Below are positions 17,551-28,324 of a stretch of DNA of 64,000 nt, piece after piece. Each line of letters opens with the position of its first letter. Positions within the stretch are counted from its first letter, which is position 1. The notes below the pieces were generated by a model. The model did not search any database. It was not told the DNA's origin and saw only the letters and a program-made list of their open reading frames with translations. Made by a program: the position numbers and the translations under genes. Origin of the DNA: an uncultured Elusimicrobia bacterium (GTDB taxonomy: Bacteria > Elusimicrobiota > Elusimicrobia > Elusimicrobiales > UBA9959); NCBI GenBank assembly GCA_903873295.1, contig CAIQNV010000143.1:15633-79632 (forward strand). The letters run 5' to 3'.

Positions 17551-19128
17551 ATGAAAGTCATAATCTTTAATATTTTTATCCTTATAGCCTTTAGCGGCGG
17601 CGCCCGGGCGCAGTCGCTCGACAAGCTGGCCGGAAAGCTGGCCGCGGGCCTCGGAGACCGCCCGTCCATAAAGCTGGCCGTGCTGGAGTTCCCCTACACC
17701 GGCGGGAAAGCCTCCGAAGGGCCCGTGGTGGTGCAGGAACGGCTTACCACGGCCCTCGCCCAGAATAAAAAGATAACCCTGATAGAGAGGGGCCTGTTAA
17801 AAAAAGTGATGGGAGAGCTGAACCTCCAGTCCTCCGGGGCTATAGACGAGGAGACCGTAAAAAAATTGGGAAAACTCCTGGGCGCCGACGCTATCGTGAC
17901 CGGCACCCTTAACGATCTTAAAGAGAACCAGACGGAAATAAACGCCCGCATCGTCGAGACCGAAACCGCCAAAATACTGGCCGCGGCCGCGCTCTCCGTA
18001 AAAAAGACCTGGAAGGATTCTTCCCAGGTGAGCGTAACCCCTCCGGTAAATCCCCCCCCCCAGAATTTCGGCTCTAAGCCGCTGGTCCAGGTGGCGGTGC
18101 TGCTTGACACCTCGAACTCGATGGACGGCCTGATAAACCAGGCCCGGACCCAGATCTGGAAAATAGTGAACGAGCTCGTTTCCGCCGAGAAAAGCGGCTC
18201 GAAGCCCGCGATAGAGGTGGCGCTTTACGAATACGGCAATTCCGCGCTTTCAAGAGAAACCGGCTGGCTGCGCCTGATAGTGCCTTTTACCACGGACCTG
18301 GACCTGGTCGCCCGCGAGCTCTTCGCGCTGAGGACCAACGGCGGGGACGAGTACTGCGGCCAGGTTATAAGCGCGGCGTTAAGCGGACTTAACTGGAGCC
18401 CTAAAGCGGACGTTTACAAGGCCATATTTATAGCCGGCAACGAACCTTTTACCCAGGGTCCGGTAAGCTTTCAGGAGGCGGTCCTTAAAGCAAAAGAAAA
18501 AAGCATCTTCGTAAACACGATCTATTGCGGCTCGCGCCAGCAGGGCCTGGCCGAGCAGTGGAAAGCCGGCGCGGACCTGGCCGAAGGCGATTACGCCAAT
18601 ATCGACCAGTCCGCCCAGAATTACGCCGTCGCCGCGCCGCAGGACGACAAGATCTCCCAGCTCAGCGCCAGCCTTAACGACACTTACGTCGCCTATGGCT
18701 CGGGAGCCGGCGGCAGAATGGCCGCCAAGATGGAAATGGATACCATGATGAAAAGCGCCGGCGCCTCCGTTATGGCCGAGCGCGCGGCTTTCAAGGCGGC
18801 GGCTCCGTCGGCCACCGCGTCCGAGTCCTCGTGGGACGTCGTCTCGGCCATAGAGAGCGGCTCCCTGAAGAAAGAGAATATAAAGACCGACCAGCTCCCG
18901 GAAGAACTCAAAAAAATGGATAAGCCGGCTCTCAACAGCTATATAGACGGGAAGCTGGCCGAGCGTAAAAAGATCAAAGATGAGATAACAAGGCTGCAGA
19001 CGGAGCGCAAAACATATATAGCGCTGGAAGAAAAAAAGAAAAATTCCGGCGCCTCCACGCTGGATAAGGCCATGATAAACACCATACGCCGGCAGGCTGC
19101 CCTGCGCGGCTACAAGTTCGCGCCATAA
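17551..19128 (+). CDS. Secreted vWA-domain protein with LpoB/FlgO/CsgG-like N-terminal domain and C-terminal coiled coil
   Basis: Signal peptide. VAVLEFPY...ITLIERGLLKKVMGEL...ADAIVTGTL (FlgO/LpoB-like). MIDAS-like VAVLLDTSNSMDG. Lys/Glu-rich C-terminus. Confidence 0.7.
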   Translation: MKVIIFNIFILIAFSGGARAQSLDKLAGKLAAGLGDRPSIKLAVLEFPYTGGKASEGPVVVQERLTTALAQNKKITLIERGLLKKVMGELNLQSSGAIDEETVKKLGKLLGADAIVTGTLNDLKENQTEINARIVETETAKILAAAALSVKKTWKDSSQVSVTPPVNPPPQNFGSKPLVQVAVLLDTSNSMDGLINQARTQIWKIVNELVSAEKSGSKPAIEVALYEYGNSALSRETGWLRLIVPFTTDLDLVARELFALRTNGGDEYCGQVISAALSGLNWSPKADVYKAIFIAGNEPFTQGPVSFQEAVLKAKEKSIFVNTIYCGSRQQGLAEQWKAGADLAEGDYANIDQSAQNYAVAAPQDDKISQLSASLNDTYVAYGSGAGGRMAAKMEMDTMMKSAGASVMAERAAFKAAAPSATASESSWDVVSAIESGSLKKENIKTDQLPEELKKMDKPALNSYIDGKLAERKKIKDEITRLQTERKTYIALEEKKKNSGASTLDKAMINTIRRQAALRGYKFAP

Positions 19129-19168
19129 GATCATACTGCCGGGCAGCGGGGCGGTCGGAAGATAAATA

Positions 19169-20773
19169 ATGCATCACGGTAAAACACTCACGCTGTTCAT
19201 AAGCATACTGGCCCTTCTGCCCCCCGGCCGCCTCGCCGCCCGGCCCTCCATCGAGGAAAAAGCGGCCCAGCTTTTAATAATTTCCTCCGAGGCCCGGGAT
19301 GTCTCGGCGGCCGCCGCAGCGGCCCGGGCCGGGCTGGGCGGCGTGCAGCTTCAGTGGGGCTCCTATTCGCTCGAGGAAACCCGCAAACTCACGGAAACCC
19401 TGCAGGCCGGGGCGGCAGCTTCCGAAGAAAAAACTCCGCTTTTCATTGCCGTGGACTATGAGGGCGGCAGCGTGTACGTGCCTACCACGCTGGGGCTGCT
19501 GGAGCTGCCGACCAATATGATGCTGGGCGCCGCCGACGACGAGAACAATACGGCCACGCTTTTTTATCTTGCCGGCAAAGAACTCAAACGGGCCGGCATA
19601 AACATGGCCTTCGGGCCCGTGCTGGACATAAACACCAATCCCAGGAACCCCATAATCGGGATCCGCTCGCTGGGCTCGGAGCCCGTCGGGGCCTCAAGGC
19701 TGGGCGGGGCTATAATAAACGGGTTCAAGGCGGCCGGCATAATAGCCGTGGGAAAACATTTCCCGGGGCACGGGGCCGCCGGACAGGACTCGCATAAAAC
19801 CCTGCCTGAGATCTCTATCTCCACCGCCGAACTGCAAGCCACGCATCTGGTCCCGTTCAAAAAAGCGGTAGAGCTGGGTATTCCGGCCATCATGACCGCC
19901 CATATCCGCTACCCCGCCCTGGACGCGAAAAACCCGGCTACGCTTTCGCGGGCCGTGCTTTCAGGACTTCTGAAAAGAGACCTGGGATTTAAAGGACTGG
20001 TCGTTACCGACAGCCTGGACATGCGGGCCATAGCAGCGCGTATGCCGGTGCCCAAAGCCGCCGCCGCGGCCCTGAAAGCGGGCGCCGACGTACTGCTCAT
20101 AGGCACGGGCGATCCCCGCGCCGCCGTAAGCGAAATAGCCGCGCAGGTGCGCTCGGGCGCGATAAACGAAGCCCGGCTCGACGATGCCTACCGCAAGGTG
20201 CTGAAAGCTAAGCATTCCGCCGGCCTTTTCGGGCTTGCGGAAGCGACCTCCCCCTTCGACAAGGCCTATCTGGAGATCACCGGCGACCTTTCAAGGCGGG
20301 CCGTAACTTTGGTCCGGGGCGGCGGCCTGATACCGCTGCCGAAGGATAAAAAAATAGCGGTCATAATTTTCTCCCCTCAGCGCTTCGCCGAGAACGCCAT
20401 ACATCTGTACCGCACCCTGCTTGAAAGCGGCTATCAGGCGAGCCAGTCGTTCTTCGACATCGGCCTTAAGAACGGAGAGCTTAAAAAAATAAAAGAGGCC
20501 GCCGCCGGAGCGGACCTGCTGGTGCTGGGCAGCTTCCAGTGGACCGGGGCGCAGAACGCCACCCAGCGGGCCGCCATAAACAGTTTACTGGCCACGGGCA
20601 AGCCCTCGGTCCTGCTCAGCCTGATGAACCCTTACGACATCCCGGCCTACCCGAAAGCGGCCGGCGTGATAGCCCTTTACGGAATGACCGCGCCGTCTAT
20701 GGCCGCCGCCGGAGAAGTGCTCACCGGCCAACTGGCCCCCGCCGGGAAACTGCCGGTGTCGCTCTCAAAATAA
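19169..20773 (+). CDS. nagZ: GH3 beta-N-acetylhexosaminidase-like glycoside hydrolase
   Basis: KHFPGHG...DSH motif, VVTDSLDM, signal peptide and an additional C-terminal alpha/beta domain. Confidence 0.75.
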   Translation: MHHGKTLTLFISILALLPPGRLAARPSIEEKAAQLLIISSEARDVSAAAAAARAGLGGVQLQWGSYSLEETRKLTETLQAGAAASEEKTPLFIAVDYEGGSVYVPTTLGLLELPTNMMLGAADDENNTATLFYLAGKELKRAGINMAFGPVLDINTNPRNPIIGIRSLGSEPVGASRLGGAIINGFKAAGIIAVGKHFPGHGAAGQDSHKTLPEISISTAELQATHLVPFKKAVELGIPAIMTAHIRYPALDAKNPATLSRAVLSGLLKRDLGFKGLVVTDSLDMRAIAARMPVPKAAAAALKAGADVLLIGTGDPRAAVSEIAAQVRSGAINEARLDDAYRKVLKAKHSAGLFGLAEATSPFDKAYLEITGDLSRRAVTLVRGGGLIPLPKDKKIAVIIFSPQRFAENAIHLYRTLLESGYQASQSFFDIGLKNGELKKIKEAAAGADLLVLGSFQWTGAQNATQRAAINSLLATGKPSVLLSLMNPYDIPAYPKAAGVIALYGMTAPSMAAAGEVLTGQLAPAGKLPVSLSK

Positions 20774-20785
20774 TCTATCTCATTT

Positions 20786-21301
20786 ATGAAGCCGCTGCGC
20801 ACGACTATAATCGTAATTATCACCCTGGCCGCCGCTTTCGCCGTCCGGCGCTGGGTCGCCGCGCCTATCTATATCGCCAGCGAATCCATGGCCCCCACCC
20901 TCGCCATAGGCCAACACCTCTTCCTCGACAGGGTCGCCTATCTTTTCAGGCAGCCCCGCCGCGGAGAAATTATCGCCTTCCACTCCCCCGTCGGCGAGGA
21001 CCACGAATCCGTAAAAAGAGTGATAGCCGTAGCCGGCGACACCGTTGAGCTGAGGCAGAAACAGGTCTACCTCAACGGCGAACACCAATTCGAAGGTTAC
21101 GCCTACTACGCGCGCCGGGAGGAGCGCCTGGCCGGCGACAACCTGGGCCCCCTCCGCGTCCCTCGGGGCCGCCTTTTCGTCCTCGGGGACAACAGGGACA
21201 ATTCTAACGACTCCGCCTCCTGGAAAGACCCCGTCACGGGAGAAAGCGTCTATTTCCTCCCGCTCACCCGGGTCACCGGCAAAATAAGGGGCGCTTACTG
21301 A
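20786..21301 (+). CDS. lepB: Signal peptidase I
   Basis: SESMAPTL (catalytic Ser box), KRVIAVAGD (Lys box) and GDNRDNSNDS. Confidence 0.85.
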   Translation: MKPLRTTIIVIITLAAAFAVRRWVAAPIYIASESMAPTLAIGQHLFLDRVAYLFRQPRRGEIIAFHSPVGEDHESVKRVIAVAGDTVELRQKQVYLNGEHQFEGYAYYARREERLAGDNLGPLRVPRGRLFVLGDNRDNSNDSASWKDPVTGESVYFLPLTRVTGKIRGAY

Positions 21302-21345
21302 GCCGCGCGTTTGTAATCTTTTCGTAAATTAATTACACTCTATAT

Positions 21346-22380
21346 ATGTCAAAGTACCGGGATCTACCGCGGCTCAACGCCTTCAGACGGGCGGCCCTGC
21401 TGCCGCTTTTCTTCGCGGGCCTCTGCGCCTGCACCCCCGGCGAGAAGTTCGACTCCTCCAAGCCGGCCGCGGGCCTGGTCTTCGACGTGGGGGGCCGCGG
21501 CGACAAGTCCTTCAACGATTCGGCCTACAACGGCATCGAAAGGGCCCAGAAGGATTTCAAGATACCGATAGACTATATAGAGCCCGGCGAGGGCGCCGAC
21601 AAGGAATCCGCCCTCAGGCAGCTGGCCTCCGGGCATTACGGGCTGATCTTCGGGACCGGCTTCCTGTTCACGGACGATATCAACACCGTCGCGGTCGACT
21701 TCCCGGCGAAGAAATTCGCCTGCATCGATTACGCCCTGGATCCCTCCAAGGCCATCCCCCCCAACGTGCTGGCCATCAAATTCAAGGAAGAGGAGGGCAG
21801 CTTCCTGGTGGGCGCCATCGCGGCGTTAACGACCAAAACTAACGCCGTCGGTTTCGTCGGCGGCATGGACATCCCGCTGATACATAAATTCGAGGCCGGC
21901 TACCGCGCCGGCGCCCTGCACGTCAATCCGAAGTGCAAAGTCCTCGTCGGCTACGCGGGCGTCACCGGCGAAGCCTTCAAGAATCCCGCCAAAGGAAAAG
22001 AGCTGGCTCTTTCCCAGATCGGCAAGGGCGCCGACGTTATTTTCCACGCTTCCGGCTCCACCGGCCTGGGCGTCTTCGAGGCCGCCCGCGACAGGCACAT
22101 TTACGCCATAGGGGTGGACTCTGACCAGTACGCCGAGGCCCCCGGCTATATTCTCACCTCCATGGTCAAGATGGTGGATATCTCGGTCTATAAGACCATA
22201 CGCGAATATCTGAACGGCACTTTCAAGGGCGGCCTGCAGGAATTCGGCCTGGCCGAGGACGGCGTGGGCTATGTCTACGACAAGAACAATAAAGATTTGA
22301 TAAAGCCCGAAGTGATCAAGAAAGTGGAAGAGCTGAAAAAGCTGATCATCGCCGGTAAAATTAAAGTGCCCAACAAATAA
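21346..22380 (+). CDS. BMP-family (PnrA/Med-like) ABC transporter substrate-binding lipoprotein
   Basis: Lipobox FAGLCAC. GGRGDKSFNDSAYNG block typical of the BMP family. First gene of a 4-gene ABC operon. Confidence 0.85.
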   Translation: MSKYRDLPRLNAFRRAALLPLFFAGLCACTPGEKFDSSKPAAGLVFDVGGRGDKSFNDSAYNGIERAQKDFKIPIDYIEPGEGADKESALRQLASGHYGLIFGTGFLFTDDINTVAVDFPAKKFACIDYALDPSKAIPPNVLAIKFKEEEGSFLVGAIAALTTKTNAVGFVGGMDIPLIHKFEAGYRAGALHVNPKCKVLVGYAGVTGEAFKNPAKGKELALSQIGKGADVIFHASGSTGLGVFEAARDRHIYAIGVDSDQYAEAPGYILTSMVKMVDISVYKTIREYLNGTFKGGLQEFGLAEDGVGYVYDKNNKDLIKPEVIKKVEELKKLIIAGKIKVPNK

Positions 22381-23925
22381 ATGGAAACCACCGAAACTTT
22401 CGCCATAGAACTCTCGGGCGTCACCAAGCGCTTCGGCGGCATTTACGCGAACAAGGACGCCTCGCTCAAAGTAAGAAAAGGCGAGATCCACGCCCTGGTG
22501 GGAGAGAACGGCGCCGGCAAATCCACTTTGATGAAGATCCTCTACGGCATGTACCGCCCCGACGCCGGCGAGATAAAAGTGAACGGCAGGGCGGTGACGC
22601 TTAAATCCCCCAAGGACGCCATCGACCTCAGGATAGGAATGGTCCACCAGTATTTTATGCTGGTCAAGACCCTCACCGTCGCCGAGAACGTGGTCCTGGG
22701 AGAAGAGCCCGTAAAGAACGGTTTCTCGATGGACTACGCCGGGGCCAGGGAAGAGACCAGGCGCCTTATCGAGAAGTTCAACCTGCTCCTGGACCCCGAC
22801 GCCCTGGTTTCGAACCTGAGCGTGGGCGAGGAACAGCGCCTGGAGATCCTGAAGATACTCTACCGCAAGGCCGATATCCTCATCCTGGACGAGCCGACGG
22901 CCGTGCTCACCCCCCAGGAAATAAAATATTTTTTCGACATCATCAGGAAGCTCAGTTCCGAGGGCAAGACCGTGGTGCTTATCACCCATAAGCTCAAGGA
23001 AGTGCTCGCGCTCTCCGGCTCGGTGACCGTCATGCGCCAGGGCGCCACCGTGGCGCGGGTAGAGACCGCCGGAGCCACCGAGAGTTCTCTCGCCCAGCTG
23101 ATGGTAGGCCGCCCGGTGGTCTTCCAGGTGGAAAGGGCTCCGAGAACGAAAGAGGAACTGGAAAAGAGCGACACCGCGCTTTCGGTAAGGGAGCTGAAGG
23201 CGATGTCCGCCAAAGGCCACGCGGCGCTGAACGGCCTCTCGCTCGAGATAAAAAAAGGCGAGATCTTCGGCATCGCGGGCGTCGAGGGCAACGGCCAGTC
23301 CGAACTGATAGAGATCCTCACGGGCCTTAAACGCCCGGTCTCCGGTTCGGTGGTGATGCTGGGCAAAGACATAGACTTCTCCCGGAACTCCCCCCGGCGG
23401 ATGTTCGACTCCGGTATTGCCCATATCCCCGAAGACCGCCACAAAAAAGGCCTGGTTCTGGACTACTCCGTGGCGGAGAACCTGATCCTCGGCAGACACC
23501 GCGAGCCGGCTTTCTCCACCATGACCGCCATCGATTTTAAAAGCGTGGCCGCCTTCTCAGCGAAAGCGGCCGGCGATTACGGCATTTATCCCCCCCGGAC
23601 CGACCTGCGGGCCGGCGCGCTGTCGGGCGGCAACCAGCAGAAGATAGTGGTGGCCAGAGAGCTCTCGCGCGAACCCAGGCTGCTTATAGTTTCACAGCCC
23701 ACCCGCGGCGTGGATGTGGGCGCCATAGAATTCATCCATAAGAAGATCATAGAGACCCGGGACCTCGGCTGCGCGGTGCTGCTTATCTCCGCGGAGCTGT
23801 CGGAGATACTTTCCCTCTCCGACCGGGTAGGAGTCATCTACCGCGGCCAGCTGGCGGGCGTCTTCGGCGCCGGCGAGGTCGGAGAAGAGCAGCTCGGCCT
23901 CCTGATGATGGGCGGCAAGGCATGA
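22381..23925 (+). CDS. ABC transporter ATP-binding protein (duplicated ATPase, sugar/nucleoside type)
   Basis: Walker A GENGAGKST, signature LSVGEEQR / LSGGNQQK, Walker B ILILDEPT / LLIVSQPT. Confidence 0.9.
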   Translation: METTETFAIELSGVTKRFGGIYANKDASLKVRKGEIHALVGENGAGKSTLMKILYGMYRPDAGEIKVNGRAVTLKSPKDAIDLRIGMVHQYFMLVKTLTVAENVVLGEEPVKNGFSMDYAGAREETRRLIEKFNLLLDPDALVSNLSVGEEQRLEILKILYRKADILILDEPTAVLTPQEIKYFFDIIRKLSSEGKTVVLITHKLKEVLALSGSVTVMRQGATVARVETAGATESSLAQLMVGRPVVFQVERAPRTKEELEKSDTALSVRELKAMSAKGHAALNGLSLEIKKGEIFGIAGVEGNGQSELIEILTGLKRPVSGSVVMLGKDIDFSRNSPRRMFDSGIAHIPEDRHKKGLVLDYSVAENLILGRHREPAFSTMTAIDFKSVAAFSAKAAGDYGIYPPRTDLRAGALSGGNQQKIVVARELSREPRLLIVSQPTRGVDVGAIEFIHKKIIETRDLGCAVLLISAELSEILSLSDRVGVIYRGQLAGVFGAGEVGEEQLGLLMMGGKA

Positions 23926-24988
23926 CCATGAAACTTTCAAAGACCTCCAAGGGCTTCCTTATCAATATCGGAGTTACGCTCGCCGCGATCCTCGCGTCCT
24001 TCATCGTCGGCGCTTTCTTCATCCTGCTGGTGGGCGTCAACCCTCTGTCGGTATACTGGAAGCTCTTCGAGGGGATAGTCCTGAATCCCTACGGTTTGGC
24101 GCAGACGCTGTTCAAGGCCACCCCCCTTATAATGACGGGGCTCGCCATCGCGCTGGGCTTCAAAGCCAACATCTTCAATATCGGCGCCGAGGGCCAGATG
24201 GTCGTAGGGGGCTTCGTCTGCGCCTGGCTGGGCTTCACTTTCTCCGGCCTCCCGGCGTTCTTCCTGGTGCCGCTCTGTATCCTGGGCGCGTTCCTGGGCG
24301 GTGTGCTCTGGGCGGCGGTGCCGGCCATACTGAAGGTGAGGACCGGCGCGCACGAGGTTATCACCACTATAATGATGAACTTCATCGCCCTGGCGCTCAC
24401 TAACTATTTGGTAACTTATTTTTTTCATCTCCCCGAAACCGTCCACACGCAGCTGACCTCACAGGCCGCCTTCCTGCCCAGGCTTGACCAGTATATTTCA
24501 GCGTTCAAGGGCTCCCCGGCTAACGTAACGCTTTTTCTGGCAGTCGCACTGTGCGCGGCCTTCTGGTGGCTGATCTGGAAGACCCCCTACGGCTATGAAA
24601 CCCGCGCCATAGGCCTCAACCCTTCCGCGGCCGAGACCGGCGGCATAAACATCAGGCGCAATATTCTCCTGACCTTCCTTATTTCCGGCGGCTTGAGCGG
24701 GCTGGCGGCCACTAATTTCATCATGGGCTACAAGCATTATTTCGAGGAGGGCTTTTCCCAGGGCGTGGGCTTCATGGGGATAGCGGTGGCGCTGGTCGGA
24801 CAGAACAACCCCTTCGGCATTATCTTCGCCGCGCTGCTGTTCGGCGCTCTTTCGCACGGCACGCTGGTCATCAACGCCCTGGTCCCAAAAGACATAATAC
24901 AGATACTTCAGGCCCTTGTAATATTCTTTGTGATCTCGGCCAATCTGCTGATCAAAAAATATACAGCTAAGCTCAACGAAGACAGATC

Positions 24989-24992
<4 letters not shown>
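23922..24992 (+). CDS. ABC transporter permease (BMP/ribose-type)
   Basis: Multi-TM protein. 4-nt overlaps with flanking operon genes. Confidence 0.85.
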
Positions 24993-25912
<920 letters not shown>

Positions 25913-25998
25913 AGCCGGCCGCCGCAGTCAGGTTCGCCTGAGCCGGAGCCCGCGGGCCCGGGGCAAATTTATTTTTTTATAATGTTCCTGAACCGCTT

Positions 25999-27213
25999 AT
26001 GGGCCTTAAACTTCTGATAAATTCTTTGTTCCGGGGCGGCGCCGAAAAGCAGTTCGCCGCGCTGGCCCGGCTGCTGCCCCACGACGCGCTGATACTGCTC
26101 GAGAACGAGATAGCGCAGCCGGCTGACGCGGCTGAGATAAAGATCCTTTCCAGCCACCGCTCCACCACCAGCTCCCTGCTCAAAACCGCTTCCATCCCGC
26201 TTTACGCGCGCCGGCTGGCCGCCGCGGTACGGCCCGGAGACACGGTGCTGTCCTTCATGGAGCGGGCTAATATAGTGAACGTGCTGGCGGCAAAGCGCAG
26301 CGGCCACCGGGCCGTGATCTGCGAACGCACCAGTCCTTCCGGAGAATTCTCCGGCCTGCGCGGGGCGCTGATGCGCCCGCTCATCAGGCGGTATTATCCC
26401 GGGGCCGCCCTGATAGCGGCCAATTCAGCCGGAGTAAAAAAAGACCTGTCCGAGAATTTCGCCGTGCCGGCGGAGAAGATCCGCGTGATACACAACGGCT
26501 GCGACATCGCCGGAATAGACGCGCTGGCGGCCGCCCCCCTTCCGCCCGGCTGGGCCTCCGTCTTCGAAAGGCCGGTCATCGCCGCGGGCGGCAGGCTGAC
26601 CGCCGCCAAGGGCCACTGGCACCTGCTGAGAATTTTCAGGAAATTGAAGGAAACCCTGCCCGGGGCCGCACTCGTGCTGCTCGGAGAGGGCGAACTGCGG
26701 AGCTACCTGCTTAGCCTGTCCGCCGGGCTCGGCTTTAAAACTTTTTCCGGCCCCGGCGCTCCGCCGCCGGACGCCGATGTGTATTTTACCGGCTTTTGCG
26801 AAAATCCTTATCTGTTCATCGCTAAGGCCCGCCTCTTCGCTTTTACCTCCCTCTGGGAAGGTTTCCCCAACGCCCTGCTGGAGGCCATGGCCTGCGGGAC
26901 GCCCGTGGCGTCGTCCGACTGCGCCTCGGGACCGCGGGAAATACTCGCGCCAGCGACCGCTTTAGCCGATCGCGCGCTGGCCCCGTACCACGCCCCCTAC
27001 GGCCTGCTGATGCCGGTTCTCTCGGGAGCCAGGCTGCCGGCCGGGACGCCGCCGGAGGCGGAGGAACTTGCCTGGGCTGAAAAACTTGCCGAGATGCTCT
27101 CGGCGCCGGCTGCGCTGAGAAGCTACGCCTCAGCCGGGCTTAAAAGGGCGGCCGACTTCGATCTGAGGAAAACCGCCGCGCTCTGGCTGGAGCTGCTTAA
27201 GCCCGGGGCATAG
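25999..27213 (+). CDS. Glycosyltransferase family 4 (GT-B fold)
   Basis: C-terminal EGFPNALLEAMACGTPVASSD motif of GT4/GT1 enzymes. Confidence 0.8.
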   Translation: MGLKLLINSLFRGGAEKQFAALARLLPHDALILLENEIAQPADAAEIKILSSHRSTTSSLLKTASIPLYARRLAAAVRPGDTVLSFMERANIVNVLAAKRSGHRAVICERTSPSGEFSGLRGALMRPLIRRYYPGAALIAANSAGVKKDLSENFAVPAEKIRVIHNGCDIAGIDALAAAPLPPGWASVFERPVIAAGGRLTAAKGHWHLLRIFRKLKETLPGAALVLLGEGELRSYLLSLSAGLGFKTFSGPGAPPPDADVYFTGFCENPYLFIAKARLFAFTSLWEGFPNALLEAMACGTPVASSDCASGPREILAPATALADRALAPYHAPYGLLMPVLSGARLPAGTPPEAEELAWAEKLAEMLSAPAALRSYASAGLKRAADFDLRKTAALWLELLKPGA

Positions 27214-27216
27214 AAA

Positions 27217-28323
27217 CTACCACATGAAATAAACTTCGCTGGGCACTTTTTCAGCTTTCTTTTTTTCTTTCCCGGCCGCTTTCTTTTTTTCTTTCACGCT
27301 CACTTTCTTTTTTTCCGCTTTTCCGGGCGCCTTAGGGTCAGGCGCCGGAGCCGCCTGTTTTTTAAGGAGCGGCTTCGGCAGACCGACGTAAGGCTGTCTC
27401 TTGAATTCCTCAGGGCGCGGCTCGCCGAACCTTAAAGCCACGGTCACCCTGTGCGCGTCGCCCAGCTCTCCGTACGGGGCGAAGGCGTAATCCACGCTCA
27501 GATCCCTGCTCATAAGCCCGATCCCGGCCGTATAGCCGGGGCCGGCGTAGCGGCTGCGCCCGGTCTTGTAGCCGGCCCGCAGGAAAAAGAATTCCTTAGG
27601 TCCGGCCTGCAGGCGCCCCTCCGCTCCCAGCGCTGCGGCCGTGCCGGAACTCCCGGCCTTTATCCCGTCGACCGAGAGCGTGAAATTATCGAGGAAGCTC
27701 CGGGAAACCCCCGCCCTGAGGATCAGCGGCGGAGCGAAACTGCGGGAGCCGAATTTAAGCCTGCCGCCGAAATTAGCCGCGGCGGCGCCTAGCCTCCAGC
27801 CGTCATAAACCTTTAAAAGCCCGGCGTCCCCGGCCCAGGCCATAGCCTTCCGTCCCGCGGCCTGCTGCGACAAGGCCTTCACCGCCGCCCCGCCGTAATA
27901 GCCGCTTCCGAAGCCGCCCGCAAGCCCGGCGGAAACAGCGCCCTCCATGGAATTGAACGCGCCTGTCCTGTCTCCGACAGCGTCGTACTTGTTCATACTG
28001 CCGCTGAAAAGCGCGTTAATGCCGCCGAAAACCGTCAGGCTTTCGCCAAGGGGATGCACATAGGCCAGGGTTTCATTGCGTATCCCCTCCAGCCACTCGT
28101 TGTGGCCCAGCAGTATTTCCTTTTTTTTAACGAGGGCCGTCCCGGCCGGATTATAAAACACGCTAAGCGCGTCGCCGCCCGCGGCGCAGTAGGCGCCGGA
28201 AAGGGCCGCGCCGCGCGCCCCGGCGTCCAGCTTAAGAAAAGGCAAAGCGTCGCTCCCCGCTCCCCCCCAGGCGGAGGGGAGGGCGGAAAAGAGCAGGATC
28301 AAAAGCGCGGCGGTTCTTTCCAT
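27217..28323 (-). CDS. PorV/PorQ-like (UPF0164-like) outer-membrane beta-barrel protein with Lys-rich C-terminal extension
   Basis: Start taken at ATG 28323 (MERTAALLILLFSALPSAWG), 1 nt after the upstream stop. N-terminal block ALPFLKLDAGARGAALSGAY...DALSVFYNPAG resembles PorV/PorQ-family proteins. The tracked start at 28431 overlaps the upstream gene. Confidence 0.6.
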   Translation of the reverse strand: MERTAALLILLFSALPSAWGGAGSDALPFLKLDAGARGAALSGAYCAAGGDALSVFYNPAGTALVKKKEILLGHNEWLEGIRNETLAYVHPLGESLTVFGGINALFSGSMNKYDAVGDRTGAFNSMEGAVSAGLAGGFGSGYYGGAAVKALSQQAAGRKAMAWAGDAGLLKVYDGWRLGAAAANFGGRLKFGSRSFAPPLILRAGVSRSFLDNFTLSVDGIKAGSSGTAAALGAEGRLQAGPKEFFFLRAGYKTGRSRYAGPGYTAGIGLMSRDLSVDYAFAPYGELGDAHRVTVALRFGEPRPEEFKRQPYVGLPKPLLKKQAAPAPDPKAPGKAEKKKVSVKEKKKAAGKEKKKAEKVPSEVYFMW

Positions 28324-28324
28324 A

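Noticed and set aside
25943-25978. Possible terminator (CCGGAGCCC-GC-GGGCCCGG followed by a T-rich tract) after the ABC permease operon.
   Set aside because: The palindrome has almost no loop and the T-tract is separated from it by GGCAAA. It is plausible but too weak to list as a feature.
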